From the NCBI RefSeq assembly GCF_902459465.1, contig NC_047067.1:19592001-19656000 (forward strand): a DNA stretch of 64,000 nucleotides, given 5' to 3'. The translations under genes and the position numbers were made by a program. Positions 24,161 to 37,100 of the stretch are shown here, in pieces; positions within the stretch are counted from its first letter, which is position 1, and the number at the start of each line of letters is the position of its first letter. The notes below the pieces were generated by a model. The model ran no database searches, had not been told where the DNA came from, and saw nothing but the letters and a program-made list of their open reading frames with translations. This DNA is from Asterias rubens (Eukaryota).

Positions 24161-27100
24161 AGAACCTAGTGTGTACTTGTTTCAAATCCCGCTCTAGTCA
24201 TTTTTTCCTTTTTTTTAAGCCCAAATCATTTAGAAATTTACCAAGTCAGTTTCCCTTGTTGTTTATTATTTAAAAACTAAAGGTAAACATTAGAATGAGT
24301 AAAAAAAAATCAGACACATTAGAGACAATAACATATCATGCCTATTATACACGTCACTAATGAAATAACAGAAAAGTTGTCCTTGTGAATTCCACTTAAA
24401 AAGTAAACCCAAAATCTTCAATGCCCCCAACAAACGAAACCAATATCTTGTGTTTCCATCACACAGTGGAACACCTAATGCCCACCATTAAGTAACTCCG
24501 TAAATAACCAATTGTTGATCAAGACTATCAACATATTGGGATTTTGTTTAAAGATCCAGCTGCTATAAATAACCACAATAACATTGGATCTTAATCAGTG
24601 AATGTATTGTACGTGTTAAAAGTATTGATTTTTTGCTGCAAAATTTACTCCGCCGAAATTGATTGGCATACATTGCAGCGCAGCTACGCAAAGTTCATTG
24701 ATATAAATGTACGTCAATGTCTGTGTGCCGTCGTGTGCCGCTTAATTAGTACTACACACCCTTTGTATTGACTCAGCTTTGTCGCTGGTTTCGTCACATC
24801 CCACACGATTGGGAATAAAATTACGTTACCAATTGCCACCGTCCCACCTTACGAGTTGACTGTATCGTAAGAAGGATTTGCTTAATGTAAGACCCACAAT
24901 GTGTATAAGCAACATCAGGGCCCACTATCATGAAGCATAAACAATATTGCTAAGCACAGCAAAAACCTTACAAGTTAAAATACCATATCAGTTGAAAACA
25001 TTCCACTCAGGTAGCTGTTAAACAAAATATTGTTAAGCAGTATTGAGTTTTTATAAGCAGCTTTATGAGATCGTGCCCATCCGATCTTATCACAAAATCT
25101 TAATTATTATCTACCCATCTCATACCTTTTGTCCCGGGACATGATAACCTTTGGACCCTTAGCAGGTAATAATTGTGCACTTCAATACTTCGGCAAGATA
25201 GTCCAGACTTCCAGCCTTTCTGTGTGCTTGGAAGTGGACTTTATGTGCCGCTATTAGAAACCAAAGGGGATCCCACTTAGAGGGGATCCCTGCCAAGGGA
25301 CCCCTCAAGTATCCCTGATGATCCCTCAACAATCCCTGATCAAAGACAGAGTGCATGTACACAGGACTGAGAACAAGATTGATTTCTCGTCAAGTCTTTC
25401 CTTTGTTGTGTAACTCATTTTTGGTCCACTGAGAGAATGATTGTGAACATTTTGATTGATGGTCGCCGTCAGATGACAGTCATTCAGTCATCTTGAAAAT
25501 CACCCGATGGGATGCCAGAAATTATTACACGAGCAACCAAGCCACTTTCTTTCAGGCAAAATATACTTCTTCTTTTTTAACCGTTTGATTGTTTTAATCC
25601 CACATAATGCAGTTGAATGTATACAATAAGATTTACCTGTTAAAAGTTGGTCGCGTTTTGTGATGATATTTTATTTCCATGTAACATGTCAACAAGGTGT
25701 GGTTAGACTACAAGATATGCATTCACAGGGTTGTGGGTTCATATCCTACAAAGCTGATTTCAAAATGTCTAGGGGAAAGTAAGAATAAGTATTGACGTCT
25801 AGTTTACTGATCAATGTTCTTGATTTAATCATAGATGTTAAACCAATGTTCGTATGAGAGTCGCCATGCTTGGTGTGTATTCTTCCCTTGTGGGGTTTTG
25901 CCGAGTTCACTTGACAGGAAGATTATCTAAACGTTCCGAATGAAAAACCTGCGAGAACGACACCAGTGTTGTTGAAGGTATGCCTATAATTATAGCAACT
26001 CAATAATCTGTTACAAATACCGATGATTCCAGAGTATTAAAGTTTTCAAAATTATGCGATGTGGAAAGTCCAGTTTCAGGATGTGAACGGACATCCAATC
26101 CACTTGACGGCTTCGGACCAGGGTGGATTCGAACCAGGGCTATACGGGTGAAAAGCAGGGTGTGCCAGAAACATAAATATTGTACTTTACATGATTCGAT
26201 CAACTGATCTTCGAAATAAGATTATTAGTTTTTACTCTTACTACACCGATGTGTATAGTGAAACAAATCCACATGTAAATCCCTTGGCGGGATTCGAACC
26301 AACGGTATTTGCATACATAGAAAAATTAAAAAGTGAACTTACCGAGTTGTCTAATCAACTTGTCAAAGTCACAAGCTCCAGCTGCTAAAGATGGTTTTCT
26401 TGGTAGCCACACCAGCCCGTGATGAACACATACACGATCCGCATTTAGTCAAAGCCGAGACATTTTATACTGTTGCAACATCCCCGATGGTGTGACAAGA
26501 TTGCACACGGGTCATTCTAGTACAAATATTAAACCAATTACAGGCTCAGGATTCCAGTTCTAGCACAGGAGAGTCTCCTTGTACAACCTGATGTATCTTC
26601 ATCCAAGATGATTGTCAATATTTGCTCAGATTTGAAGTTTAAAGGGGAAAGTAATTGGTGTACGAAAGCAATATAGGGGACTGTCTTCAACTCTGCACAT
26701 TGTGACTACTCTATAGTTCAGGCCAAGCACAACATTCAATGTACATGCTGATTTATTTTATGGGACTATCAAAATCTTCACACTACATTCCTGTTATGAA
26801 CTGCCAGTAACGCCTAGGTCATTTTCTGTGTATCAATTCATATATTATTTTTAATCACGGTCCGATGATCCATAAACGTGTGGTGCGTTTATATATCCCT
26901 GTCTAAAGATTTATTGCAGAATATTTTAATTGTTTTCTGCACCAGCCTGGTGGAATGGGAGTGTAACTCCAAACCATTGTAATATAACACCAAACAATAA
27001 CATGCCTGTAAAACAATTCTTGACAGATATATTGAAAGCTGAATCAGATGAGATTTATGGACAAACTTTTCCCGCCAAAAATTACTGCTTTCTTATGTCT

Positions 27101-27769
27101 CTATACACATCTCATTTCGAAACAAAAAATTATTAATTTTGGGTTGATTCATCGTGACTTGTGGATATTCACGACAAGGACTCCCGCGCAATTTCCTCTC
27201 CGTTAAAACAGTAACTTTTTAATATAAAACTCTTTGGAGTCATTAACTCAAGCATTGTCAACCGATGGCGCAACAAGGAATGTCGAATATTAATGGCCGG
27301 CACAACCGCTGCTGTGATGTTCTGAGACATGTTTTTTCTGGGGGAAACCGTCTAAATGTAAGGCATCAATAAGATGCCATAAAGGAAGGTGAACAATGAA
27401 CACATCTGAACGGTCATAACAAGTTACAAAGTTTTCAATCGGTTTTAATAATCATTTGTAAGCCTACCTACCCTTGATAATAATGGTTCACATTTCATGT
27501 CTGAGAATGTAAGACACCCACGCACTTATTATTCAAGAAAATGGCTCATTTGTTTTGTCACAATCTCCTTTATTAAATTTATAAGCGAGTAAATTAATGA
27601 GCAACTGTAGAAACCGCTTTATTGGACAATAAAAGGTCATTTTGTAAAAAATCCACGGCGAGACCAAAGTATTTAACCTGGATCTTGCTCATGCTTCGAT
27701 TGATTTTGATGAATTGAAAAATTCAAATATCTGTTGGTAGATTCAAATTTTCCGATGTCGAAGGTTTGG

Positions 27770-27945
27770 TGCTGATGTGATGAAACTTCGTGGGTTCGAA
27801 TCCCACCCGAGTAATTATGCCTGTGATGTTTTTTTTACAGGACTATACAGTGCACTGCAGCGCTAACACACATCGGTGTATGCCTACTTGGGTAAAAACC
27901 AAAATCAATATTCGTTATCCCGATGCAAATTTAACATCTATTATG
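27770..27945 (+). mobile_element. Third tRNA-derived SINE family
   Basis: gtgggttcgaatcccacccgagtaat...ccgatgcaaatttaacatctatt. Copies at 46925-47070 (+) and about 25690-25860 (-). Confidence 0.7.
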
Positions 27946-29344
27946 TGATGAAACTTATTATTTAAATTACCCGTTTGTAAAGCAAAGACATTCTCCCAAT
28001 TTGTTCTCTTTGTGTATGAAAATTGTATTCTGTTTGGCTGGGTGCAAGTACAAACCACACAAACGCCGATCAGACTGTAGGGCGCCCTCACTCATGAGAC
28101 CTCATCACCAGGTAAAAATCATTCTTACACGTCTGACGTCATTCTTTGAGTCGTTGCGGATAAAGACAGGGGTCCAGTCTAGGATAGGCCCTACTAAATT
28201 ATTAACAGCCACATGGATAGTAGTATTGAAATGTAATTATTGTCGTAAAGGCTGATGATCGAAGGTGTCATTCAGTTATCCAGGCCTCCGGATGTTGGTT
28301 TACTCAGCCAGATTTTGTAGGCCTATAGAACAAGAATTTATAGTATAATCTTGCAATGTTGTCACCGACAAGAAAACAATCCATTAAGCATTCCAAACCG
28401 GGCTTAATGCCTTTTAAAATCAGAGGACTTTTGTACGCCCGCCAACGGCCAAAATGGTTGCGAGATGTTATTAAAGGTGTTTTTCAGATTATGAGTGACC
28501 AAACCGAAATGAAACTAGTCTCAACACGCAATAAATTGTGTGCTTTTAACTACAGCCAACTCTCCTATCTCACAATACGTAGCAAAAGAAAGACCCCTTC
28601 AGGTTAGGACCTATATTTAATTAATATTGGCTAAACAATAAATATGAAACAATGAAAAGTGTAATATTCAAAGGACGTTTTGGCGCCCTCATTACTCTGT
28701 GAGGCTAGATGAACACAGATCTGTTTTCGTAATTAGAAGCATCTTGAACTCAACATTTTTAAAAAGTTTCGGTCCTGATGGTTTAAAAGAGCAACGGTTT
28801 ATTAGTATAAAAAAAAACCTTCGGTCAAGTTTTCAAAAATACACAAAAGCAGAGTAAACTCCTCATTTTGTGAAAACATTTCTGTCTAGACCTATACCAA
28901 CAATGTTTCTAAATTTTATTTTGTAAAAAAATAATATAATTAAAGGCCAACAATTGCAGAGCTCCATAACAAGCTTCGGTTAACATGTAATATACTCTTA
29001 TGTTGTTATTTAGTTTTTCGAACAAAATACAGTGCGAATGGGGAAAAAGAACAAAAGCTGAGACAAAAAGAGAAAACGCCCTCTAATGGTACAATTAATT
29101 TGTCCATGCAACTCTCAGGATTTGGCTGACGGTACGGAACAGGCCGAGTCTTTCCACAGCACAAACCATATTAATCTTATCTTAGGGAAAAGTCACCGAA
29201 ACATATCACGTGCTGAATCTTTATAATACAAAAAGTGTATATAAAGATAAAGAGCATGTTTTCAAAGTTTTTGAACCATTTCGTGAATTCTAAACAGCGC
29301 CCTCATTGGTAGATTTAGAGGCTGCCTCTTAAACGACCAACTCA

Positions 29345-29460
29345 CGCGCTGATTGGTCCACGTGACATCATAGTATTCCGTCGCCATGTTTAGTCCCGCT
29401 GATACTAATTTGCTTCGAAGTTGTGAGCTCATATTCTGGATTATACGGAAGAGTTAAGAG
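29345..29460 (+). promoter_or_regulatory. Core promoter and non-coding first exon of the AT-hook/LRIF1-like gene
   Basis: Reverse CCAAT (29351-56), E-box CACGTG (29359-64), YY1-like TCGCCATGTT (29381-90), then a perfect donor GAG|GTAAGT at 29460/29461. Linkage to the 33516 acceptor is inferred. Confidence 0.6.
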
Positions 29461-31909
29461 GTAAGTTGACATTCGTTGGTCTAATAAGTATAAGCTTTAA
29501 ACATGACTGTCTATATTTATGAGGTGGCAAGGCTAAAATAGGGTTTTACATGAAAATTGACTTTATACCAATAGAGGGCGTCATTCGATTTGCTAGTGTG
29601 TACTGCTGCTGTGTGTGGATGTGCATAACATCAAAACGAAAATCGGATAAACATGAATACTTTTTTATATTATGGTAGAAAAAGTAGACACCGTACAATC
29701 TGTACTGAGCTGTCCTCCAAAGGTTTGAGTGTTTTTATGTTCAACTTAGGTTCAGTTCAAGTTCTATTTCAGTTCAATCAAGTTCTTCAACTTCAAATTA
29801 AGGCATAGCCTTAGGCTAATTTTATGTGAACACGTACACGATTTCCACAAACTACACTGTACAACTTTACAAGTACAACAGTACATCCTTACTGTTTGAG
29901 TCTTTGGTACAGACTAGACCAGCATGCAGTAGGACTAAAAACCAGCAGACTAGAGTCTGCATTTAATTATTTAAGAAAAACGTATTGTGGTGGTATTTTA
30001 ATTACTGAATTTATTAATGTTTATTTGCCTAGGTACTTGACTTGGTATATACTTTATAGTCATCTGTATTGTAAATATGGATCCTATCAATTCATATGGT
30101 CCTGTGTAATCCTGCAAACACTTGTTCATGTCCTATAAATGAAATAACTTGGAACAAAAATATAAGGAAATTTCTTCTTTTTTATAGTAGGCCTAATTTT
30201 AATGCATACATATTAAATGTACACAATACAAAAAGATATATTGTTGCTCTGACGTAGAATTTTTTTTCTCGTTTTGATTCTCATTGTTATTGTAAAACAA
30301 TCTTAGCCTGGTCCATAAAACAATTTGAGCTAGGCCTACAAGCCTTGTAGATTTTTCTCCCAAATTCAAACATAATTACATGTAATGATGTATACTGTAC
30401 CTTTAAAACTGGTTGCCATCATCTTACTCTTCCTTTAATGGTTCCTTTTTAGGTGCCCTCGTGTGACAGTGAGTGTATGCAGTCAGTTCCAGTGCAAGCA
30501 AAGGACTAATATAAACGCCTAGTGCTATCCTGTTCCAACCTTCGTTTCCATTGGAATACAGAAGTTCACGACGGATACTTGTCTTTAAAGGAATGAAGTT
30601 TTGAAGGTAAATTCATGAAATTTTAAAGGTAGCCTCACCACCTTCAAAGCAAATCCTAGTTTTTGCTTGAAGACTCTCCAGCGATGTAATCACGATTAAC
30701 TATAAACGCCATTTAAACCCCTCACCATTTAAACCACTCGCCACTAGCGGCACTATCATTTCTGTAACAGCTATCGCCACAAAATAGAAAAAAGTTAGTT
30801 CCAAGGAATGATAGCGCCCTCTAGTGACAAGTGTTTCGTCGGGTGATAGCAGTTTAGATAGCAGTTAGGTTTTTGTAGCCTACATGTACATCACTTGAGC
30901 ATCTTTAACCAAGACTAAACAAGACTTTGTAATATTTTGTAACCGGCATAATAGACTTTGCAAGTCCCATGCATTATCGAAAACCGGAAACAAGTTGAAA
31001 GAAAACTAAAAATTTTGAAGAATCAAATATTTCTAGATTCTATTCGTACACAGTTCTTGAAAAGATATATATATTCTTTAAAAACAAATTATTATTTTTT
31101 AATAAAGGACAACAACCTTTAAAAACAAATTATTATTACAAATTATTGTTAAGGACAACAATTTGTATTTTTTTGTTTTTTAAGATGCCCCATTTGCAAA
31201 ATTCTTGCTTTTACAGTACCAGCCTGGCACTGTACCAGGAAACAGAGTTAAGTCTTACGTGTGGGTTGCTCCACTGAATTATTATTTTTTTAGCATGTAC
31301 ATACAGTTTGTAACCAGAAAGTAAAATTACAAATTTTAAGGCAATATGCAAACAAATCAATGAAAGGGACATGTTGCCTTTGGGTTGGGAACTTCAGGCC
31401 TTTAAAAGCATTTTTATGAAAGGATGTTTGGAAACATGTTTTAAAAATATTTTTAAATTTAGAATAAAGAGATATTTTGTGTGAATAATTATTTCTGTTT
31501 GGATTTCTATTAAGAACAAACATTTCACACAAATATCCCTCGAAATTTGTTGGTTTTCTTACAACTTTGTGAACTAACATGGTCGCTCGCTTGTGAAGTC
31601 AACATTTGGTTGTAAAATGGTGGACCGTGTTATGTCATGTAACATGTAGAACATTGAAACAAAAACCACAAAATGTTTAGATACATTTGTGTGGTTCTTT
31701 ATTTTTTATAAATAACAACACTTTATTGCCAAAAGTGCTCAATTCGGATGCAACAAGATGATGAATTAACAGTAATTTTAAAAAATTTACGTAGATAATT
31801 ATCCATACATGCAGATATTGCAATTTAGTCGGCGTAGTGACGGTTTCCTTGAATCCACATGTAACAATTAATTGAAGAAAGTTTTTTAGGGCGAGTATAT
31901 TTCATTTAA

Positions 31910-32240
31910 AGGCAGTGGACACTATTGGTAATTACTCAAAATAATTATTGCCATAAAACCTTTCTTGGTGACGAGTAATGGGGAGAGGTTGATGGTATAA
32001 AACATTGTGAGAAACGGCTCCCTCTGAAGTGCCATAGTTTTCGAGAAAGAAGTAATTTTCCACGAATTTGATTTCGAGACCTCAGATTTAGAACTTGAGG
32101 TCTCGAAATCAACCATAAACGCACACAATTTCGTGTGACAAGGGTTTATTTTTCTTTCTTTATTATTTCGCAACTTCAACGACCAATTGAGCTCAAATTT
32201 TCACAGGTTTGTTATTTTATGCATATGTTGAGATACACCA
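31910..32240 (+). mobile_element. Kolobok-type MITE, right end truncated
   Basis: ttaa|AGGCAGTGGACACTATTGG start. Near-identical to the 17759 and 56691 copies. Confidence 0.85.
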
Positions 32241-33574
32241 AATGTACACATAGACACATAATGCTAGACAATGTGTATGGAAATTTGACATTACATTTTG
32301 AATTATTATTTTAACTGAGATCAGAATTAGTCACTACAAATGTTTTTTTTTTATCTGAAAATTTAAAACAACATGATAATTCATTTGTTATTTTCTGTTG
32401 CTTAACATGCGCTTGCAATGCTTTTAATTCTAACTCTTTGATCAAATATTAAAAGACCTCATTAATAATAAGTCAATAGTAATAGTGTGAGATTTACAAT
32501 GCAGACAATGGATGACATTGGGAGCAAGTACATCATTGTTGAGACAGTGACGTCAACTACATGTTATAAACACACTATTTGTTATTTGATTGACGCTTTT
32601 TTGTCAATAGAGGGCAGCAAATACAATTGCTGTTAAAAATACAAAATTTTAGCCAAATTTAATAGCGGCACTAGAATCAAATTTGAGCAGAAAAATATGT
32701 TTACTTCACAGGTTTTTTTTTTTAATATCAGAGATATTGTCTGTCTGCTCGATATTATCTCTGCCCGTCAACTAATACTAATAGTAGAATAAAATGTAAA
32801 TATAAAATATTTAACTCATACTGCTTTAACCCTTAAATACAGACCATTCCTTTATGTATTTAACAGTCACAAAACACTGGGCAATACTTATTTTGTTCAT
32901 TACATTTATTAAAATCAAATTTTGTCAGTAAACATTTCAAAAGCAATAACGTCAACAGGAAGTTAAGTTTAGAAGATTGAATACTATGTTAAGATTACAT
33001 TGGAAAGTTTTATACCAGGCCATATCTTTACTTTGACCTCTTTACATGTATGTGAATGGAAATAGGTGGCTTTCTACTGGCTTTTTGATGCAAGCCACTT
33101 GTGGCTGCTGTGATCTTTAAAAAGTTTTGAAAACCATTTCAAGAATATTCAATTGAATTTTTGGAGACCTTTTGGCAGATTAAAGTTGCAAAATAATTTT
33201 TTTGCATTGCGGAAATGCAACGTTTGTTAATTATTGATTGTTGATCTGATTTGTGTATGTTTTTTTGTAACACCATTGGTGTTTTTATTTTATTTTGTTC
33301 TTCTTGAATCTAGAGGGGGGGGGGGGGCGGCTGGGGTTTGGTCCAGCTAGGGTATAGCAACATGCAGGGCTTTGTTATCTAGTTAAAGTTTCAAAGTATC
33401 ACTTTGTTTGGGTCAAATCAAATTAACGTAGCCTATTCTATATATATTTTACCCCCAAAAATTGTAAGTACAATGTAAAAGTTTCCTGATCGAGAATTTG
33501 TATTATTTTTTTCAGAATAATGACCAACACTAAGAATAGTATCTATCAAGAGTTCTTGGCTTAGATTATTCAAC

Positions 33575-33723
33575 ATGGCAGAATCAGAAAGCAATGACTC
33601 AACGGTTAAACCTTCATCAGTCACCATGGTAACATCCCTGGATCCACCACCCAGTGAAGTGATGGAAGCTGTCAACCAATCTAACCAAATCATCCCGGCA
33701 CTATTTGCTTTGCCTTCTGAAAG
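33575..33723 (+). CDS. AT-hook/LRIF1-like nuclear protein, first coding exon (MAESESND...ALPSE)
   Basis: Acceptor ttttttcAG at 33515, aacATGG start, donor AG|GTAATG in phase 2, compatible with the acceptor at 34141. Confidence 0.75.
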
Positions 33724-34141
33724 GTAATGTTTGTACTATGTTGCTAAAGCCTCGTCTCAAGGGGCAATTTTAACAGTTGAAGCCAATAAAATGTACAACA
33801 TGCATTTAAGGATTTCTTTTGACTTTTTTGTTACTGTAGGCTAAGTTACAACAACCAAGAATATTATGTGAACATTTAAATGTTTTCCTTTGTGGAGATT
33901 ATCTGGAACTGGTTCAGGCCTAGCGTTACATGGATGTCGCCTCTGTAGCCCCATGTCTTGACCTTAGTGCCCCTTTAAAAGTTTCCAATTGACTTTAAGA
34001 TTTTCCAATGGAAGTGTCCTTTTAGCCAATATAATAATAATATAATATTATAAATAATAATAATGGAGTTGAGGTTAGTGTGCATCCATAGTTGTATCCT
34101 TTTCTTATATTTATATTCTTATGTCTTTTTTTTATATATAG

Positions 34142-37100
34142 TGGAGATTCCAAAAAGCTGAAGCTGTGCAAGCGAGTCGGTTGGTTGCGAGACGGCGTGT
34201 TTTCTACCGGGTTCACGGAAATCAACATCAAAGAAGCCAAACAAAAGGGAATCTTCAGCCAGCCACGTCATGTTACTCTCGTCCAGGGAGAGGATAGCCT
34301 CCTCCAATCTCAGGTCATCCAAGGTCAAAAAGCGCCCTCTGCCAAACAGCTCAGATCCCTTGTACTCAGTCCAGGGACATCGACTGTGGGATTAATCACT
34401 GCACGGGGGAACGTCATACCCAAAAGGATAACTGTTTTCAAGAATAATGCTGATAAATTACCAGGAAAGATGGTTGCACTCGGAAAAGCACCCTCTTCTG
34501 GGACATCGGCTAAAAAAGCTGAGACATCAGCTGATACAGCAACAGGCCATCAAAATCCAACCGAGGACAAAGAGGTTGCCAAGAGCATTTCTATAGTTAA
34601 TAGCAGTGCTCCAAATGTACAAGATTCAGGTCTTGGTTGGCAGCAGTTGTCAGAGCAAAGTTTATGCCTAAAAGAATCTGTTCAGGATCAGAAAGTCTGC
34701 ATGAAATCTACGCAGAAGGCTGCTGCCCCTACTGGTGAACCTCAATCTTGTCCTGCTAAAACAATACATCAGAACCAGAAATGCTCTCCCCGCATCACTC
34801 GTGCGAAGTCAAAAGAAAGAGTTCCTTCTGAAGTCAACAATTTTGGCTCACCACGCACAGACACTTCTCACTTTCAATCAAGGAGCAATCCCAAGTTGGA
34901 CCTCTTGAAAATGGACATTGATTTCTCTCGTCACAGCGTTCTCCGAATGGAAGGTCTGATTCAATTACCTAGTGATTCTAGTCCCAGTGAGTCCAACTGT
35001 TTGGAACAGAAGAAGAGGATTCAACAGTCAAGGCAAAACTTTAGCGCCAAAGTCCAAGAGGCGCTAGAACTTCGCTCTCAGCGTTCAAAGCAGAGCACAA
35101 CCAAACATCTGGAGAACCAAATTACTTCTCAGAGCGAGAACAAGACCATTAAGAACTTGCAATTCATCCCAAAATGTTCACACAAAACATTGGTTCATGC
35201 GGAACCAGACAAAAAAACTGGTGCAGTTAGATTGTCTGAATATAATGTTGTAAGGGAGGTTGTTCGAAGTCCAATCAAACATCTGGAGAACCAAACTACT
35301 GCTCAAACCATGAACAGGACAGTCAAGAATGTGCAACACATCCAAGAATGTTCTACAGAAACATTGGTGCACGACGAACCAGATCAAAATACTGACGCAG
35401 TTGGACAGTCTGAACAGAAAGGGATAAAGGAGGTTGTTCAAAGTCCAACCAAACATCTGGAGAACCAAACTATTGCTGAAACCAAGAACAGGACAGTCAA
35501 GAATGTGCAACACATCCAACAATGGTTAAAAGAAACATTTGTTCATGACAAACCAGATCAAATTACTGACACAGTTGGACAGTCTGAACACAAAGGGATA
35601 AAGGAGGTTGTGCGAAGTCCTAAAAAACAGGCACAGTTTCAAAAGCGCAAATTCGATGAGGCCTGCTCCCTTCTTAATTACAGAGCAGTACCAAAACTCG
35701 AGTGTACCATGAGTGGACAGCCGAGTTGTGACGAGCCAGTGGTTAAATACGCAAAAGGTGTGAGTTCTGAAATGTCTGGTACTCTTACAACATTCCTGGG
35801 ACCAAGAACTGACCATTCCAAGCGTTATGGCCCTGATCCATGTATGAAGATCGAGCGAGATACATGTAATCAACTTTCCTTGGGTGGTAACCAGGAAAGA
35901 AATGACTGTAAAGAAGCTTCGTCGCAAAACAACAAAAGCCTATCAACAAATCTCCTTCTGTCTCCAATGGAAACTCTACATCGACAGACTTCAACAGCAA
36001 GCCATGGAAGTCCAGTCAGCAATACTTCTGACTTGGATTTAGAAGGCGATGGCAATGACTGTGAGGAAACTTTGTCCATTTCAGAAACAAACAATGAATC
36101 ACTGAGCTTATTAAGTAATTCATCAGTTGACAAGACAACAACAGTTCAAGCCTCGGAGGGAGTCCCATTGTTACAAATTGGCTCAGTGTACAGTCTCTCA
36201 GCTGAAGAAGCCAAAAGACTGTTTCCGAAGACCTCCAACAAGACACCAGAGTTAGTTAAAACAAACCAGAGTCCAGAGGATACTTATACGAACATACCCA
36301 TAAGCTCTACAGGGGGTCCCAGTGTTAAACCTGCTGCAACGAAAGTCATGTCAGAACCATTGGACTTCTCAATAGTTTCACAGCCTAGTCAGTCACAAAC
36401 ATCTGCCGTATCGATACAAAGTAAAGCATATGAAACAGTGTCCGCAAATCGATGCTCTTTGCAGGCAACTCGATCATCGTCAAGTGCCATTTTTAACTCC
36501 ACAAACACATCAATAAATGTGCATCACACCACGCCATGGCCTTCAGTCGTTTGCATAAATGGACAGCTTTTAAAGTTAGTTCAGGACAAAGCTCCAAAGA
36601 ATCCCATGGAAGTCGTTGTGATTGCTCCACCCAATGCGACACACAATGTCATAAAGAATTTTATACCCCAGACCCTACGTGTGTCTCATGAGCAGGCATC
36701 TTCTCATCAGCCTTGCAAAACACCCGCTACATCAGGTACAGTCCCATTCACAGTGACTGTGACCGTTGCAGTTCGGGATCCAAAAATTACCAGTGTACCT
36801 GTACAGTCAACGCCATTGTTTCACCATGAATCTTTTGGTAAGTGTAATACAACTTTCATCCCAACAAGTGTCCACTTGCCCACTACAGCATCAGACTTGA
36901 GTTGTTCAACCTCTGTATGTACTTCAGTCTCTTCAACTGCATCAGTTGGTTTAATCTGTAGCACAGACACTAATTCCATCAAGAAACCTACTCGCCAAGA
37001 AATGTCCACTCGGAACCCATCAGAGTCCGAAGGCCAGAGAAGGGTCCTTGTAACAACTTCTGAGGGAAAAAGGCAACTAATCAGCTTTCCTTCGACTGCA

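Noticed and set aside
29600-29660. CC-x3-C pattern on the plus strand
   Set aside because: Lacks the final Cys and any A-chain context, so it is not another insulin-family gene.
34092-34141. First 17 codons of the 1449-aa ORF
   Set aside because: They are the intronic polypyrimidine tract. The real exon starts at 34142 and joins the 33575-33723 exon.
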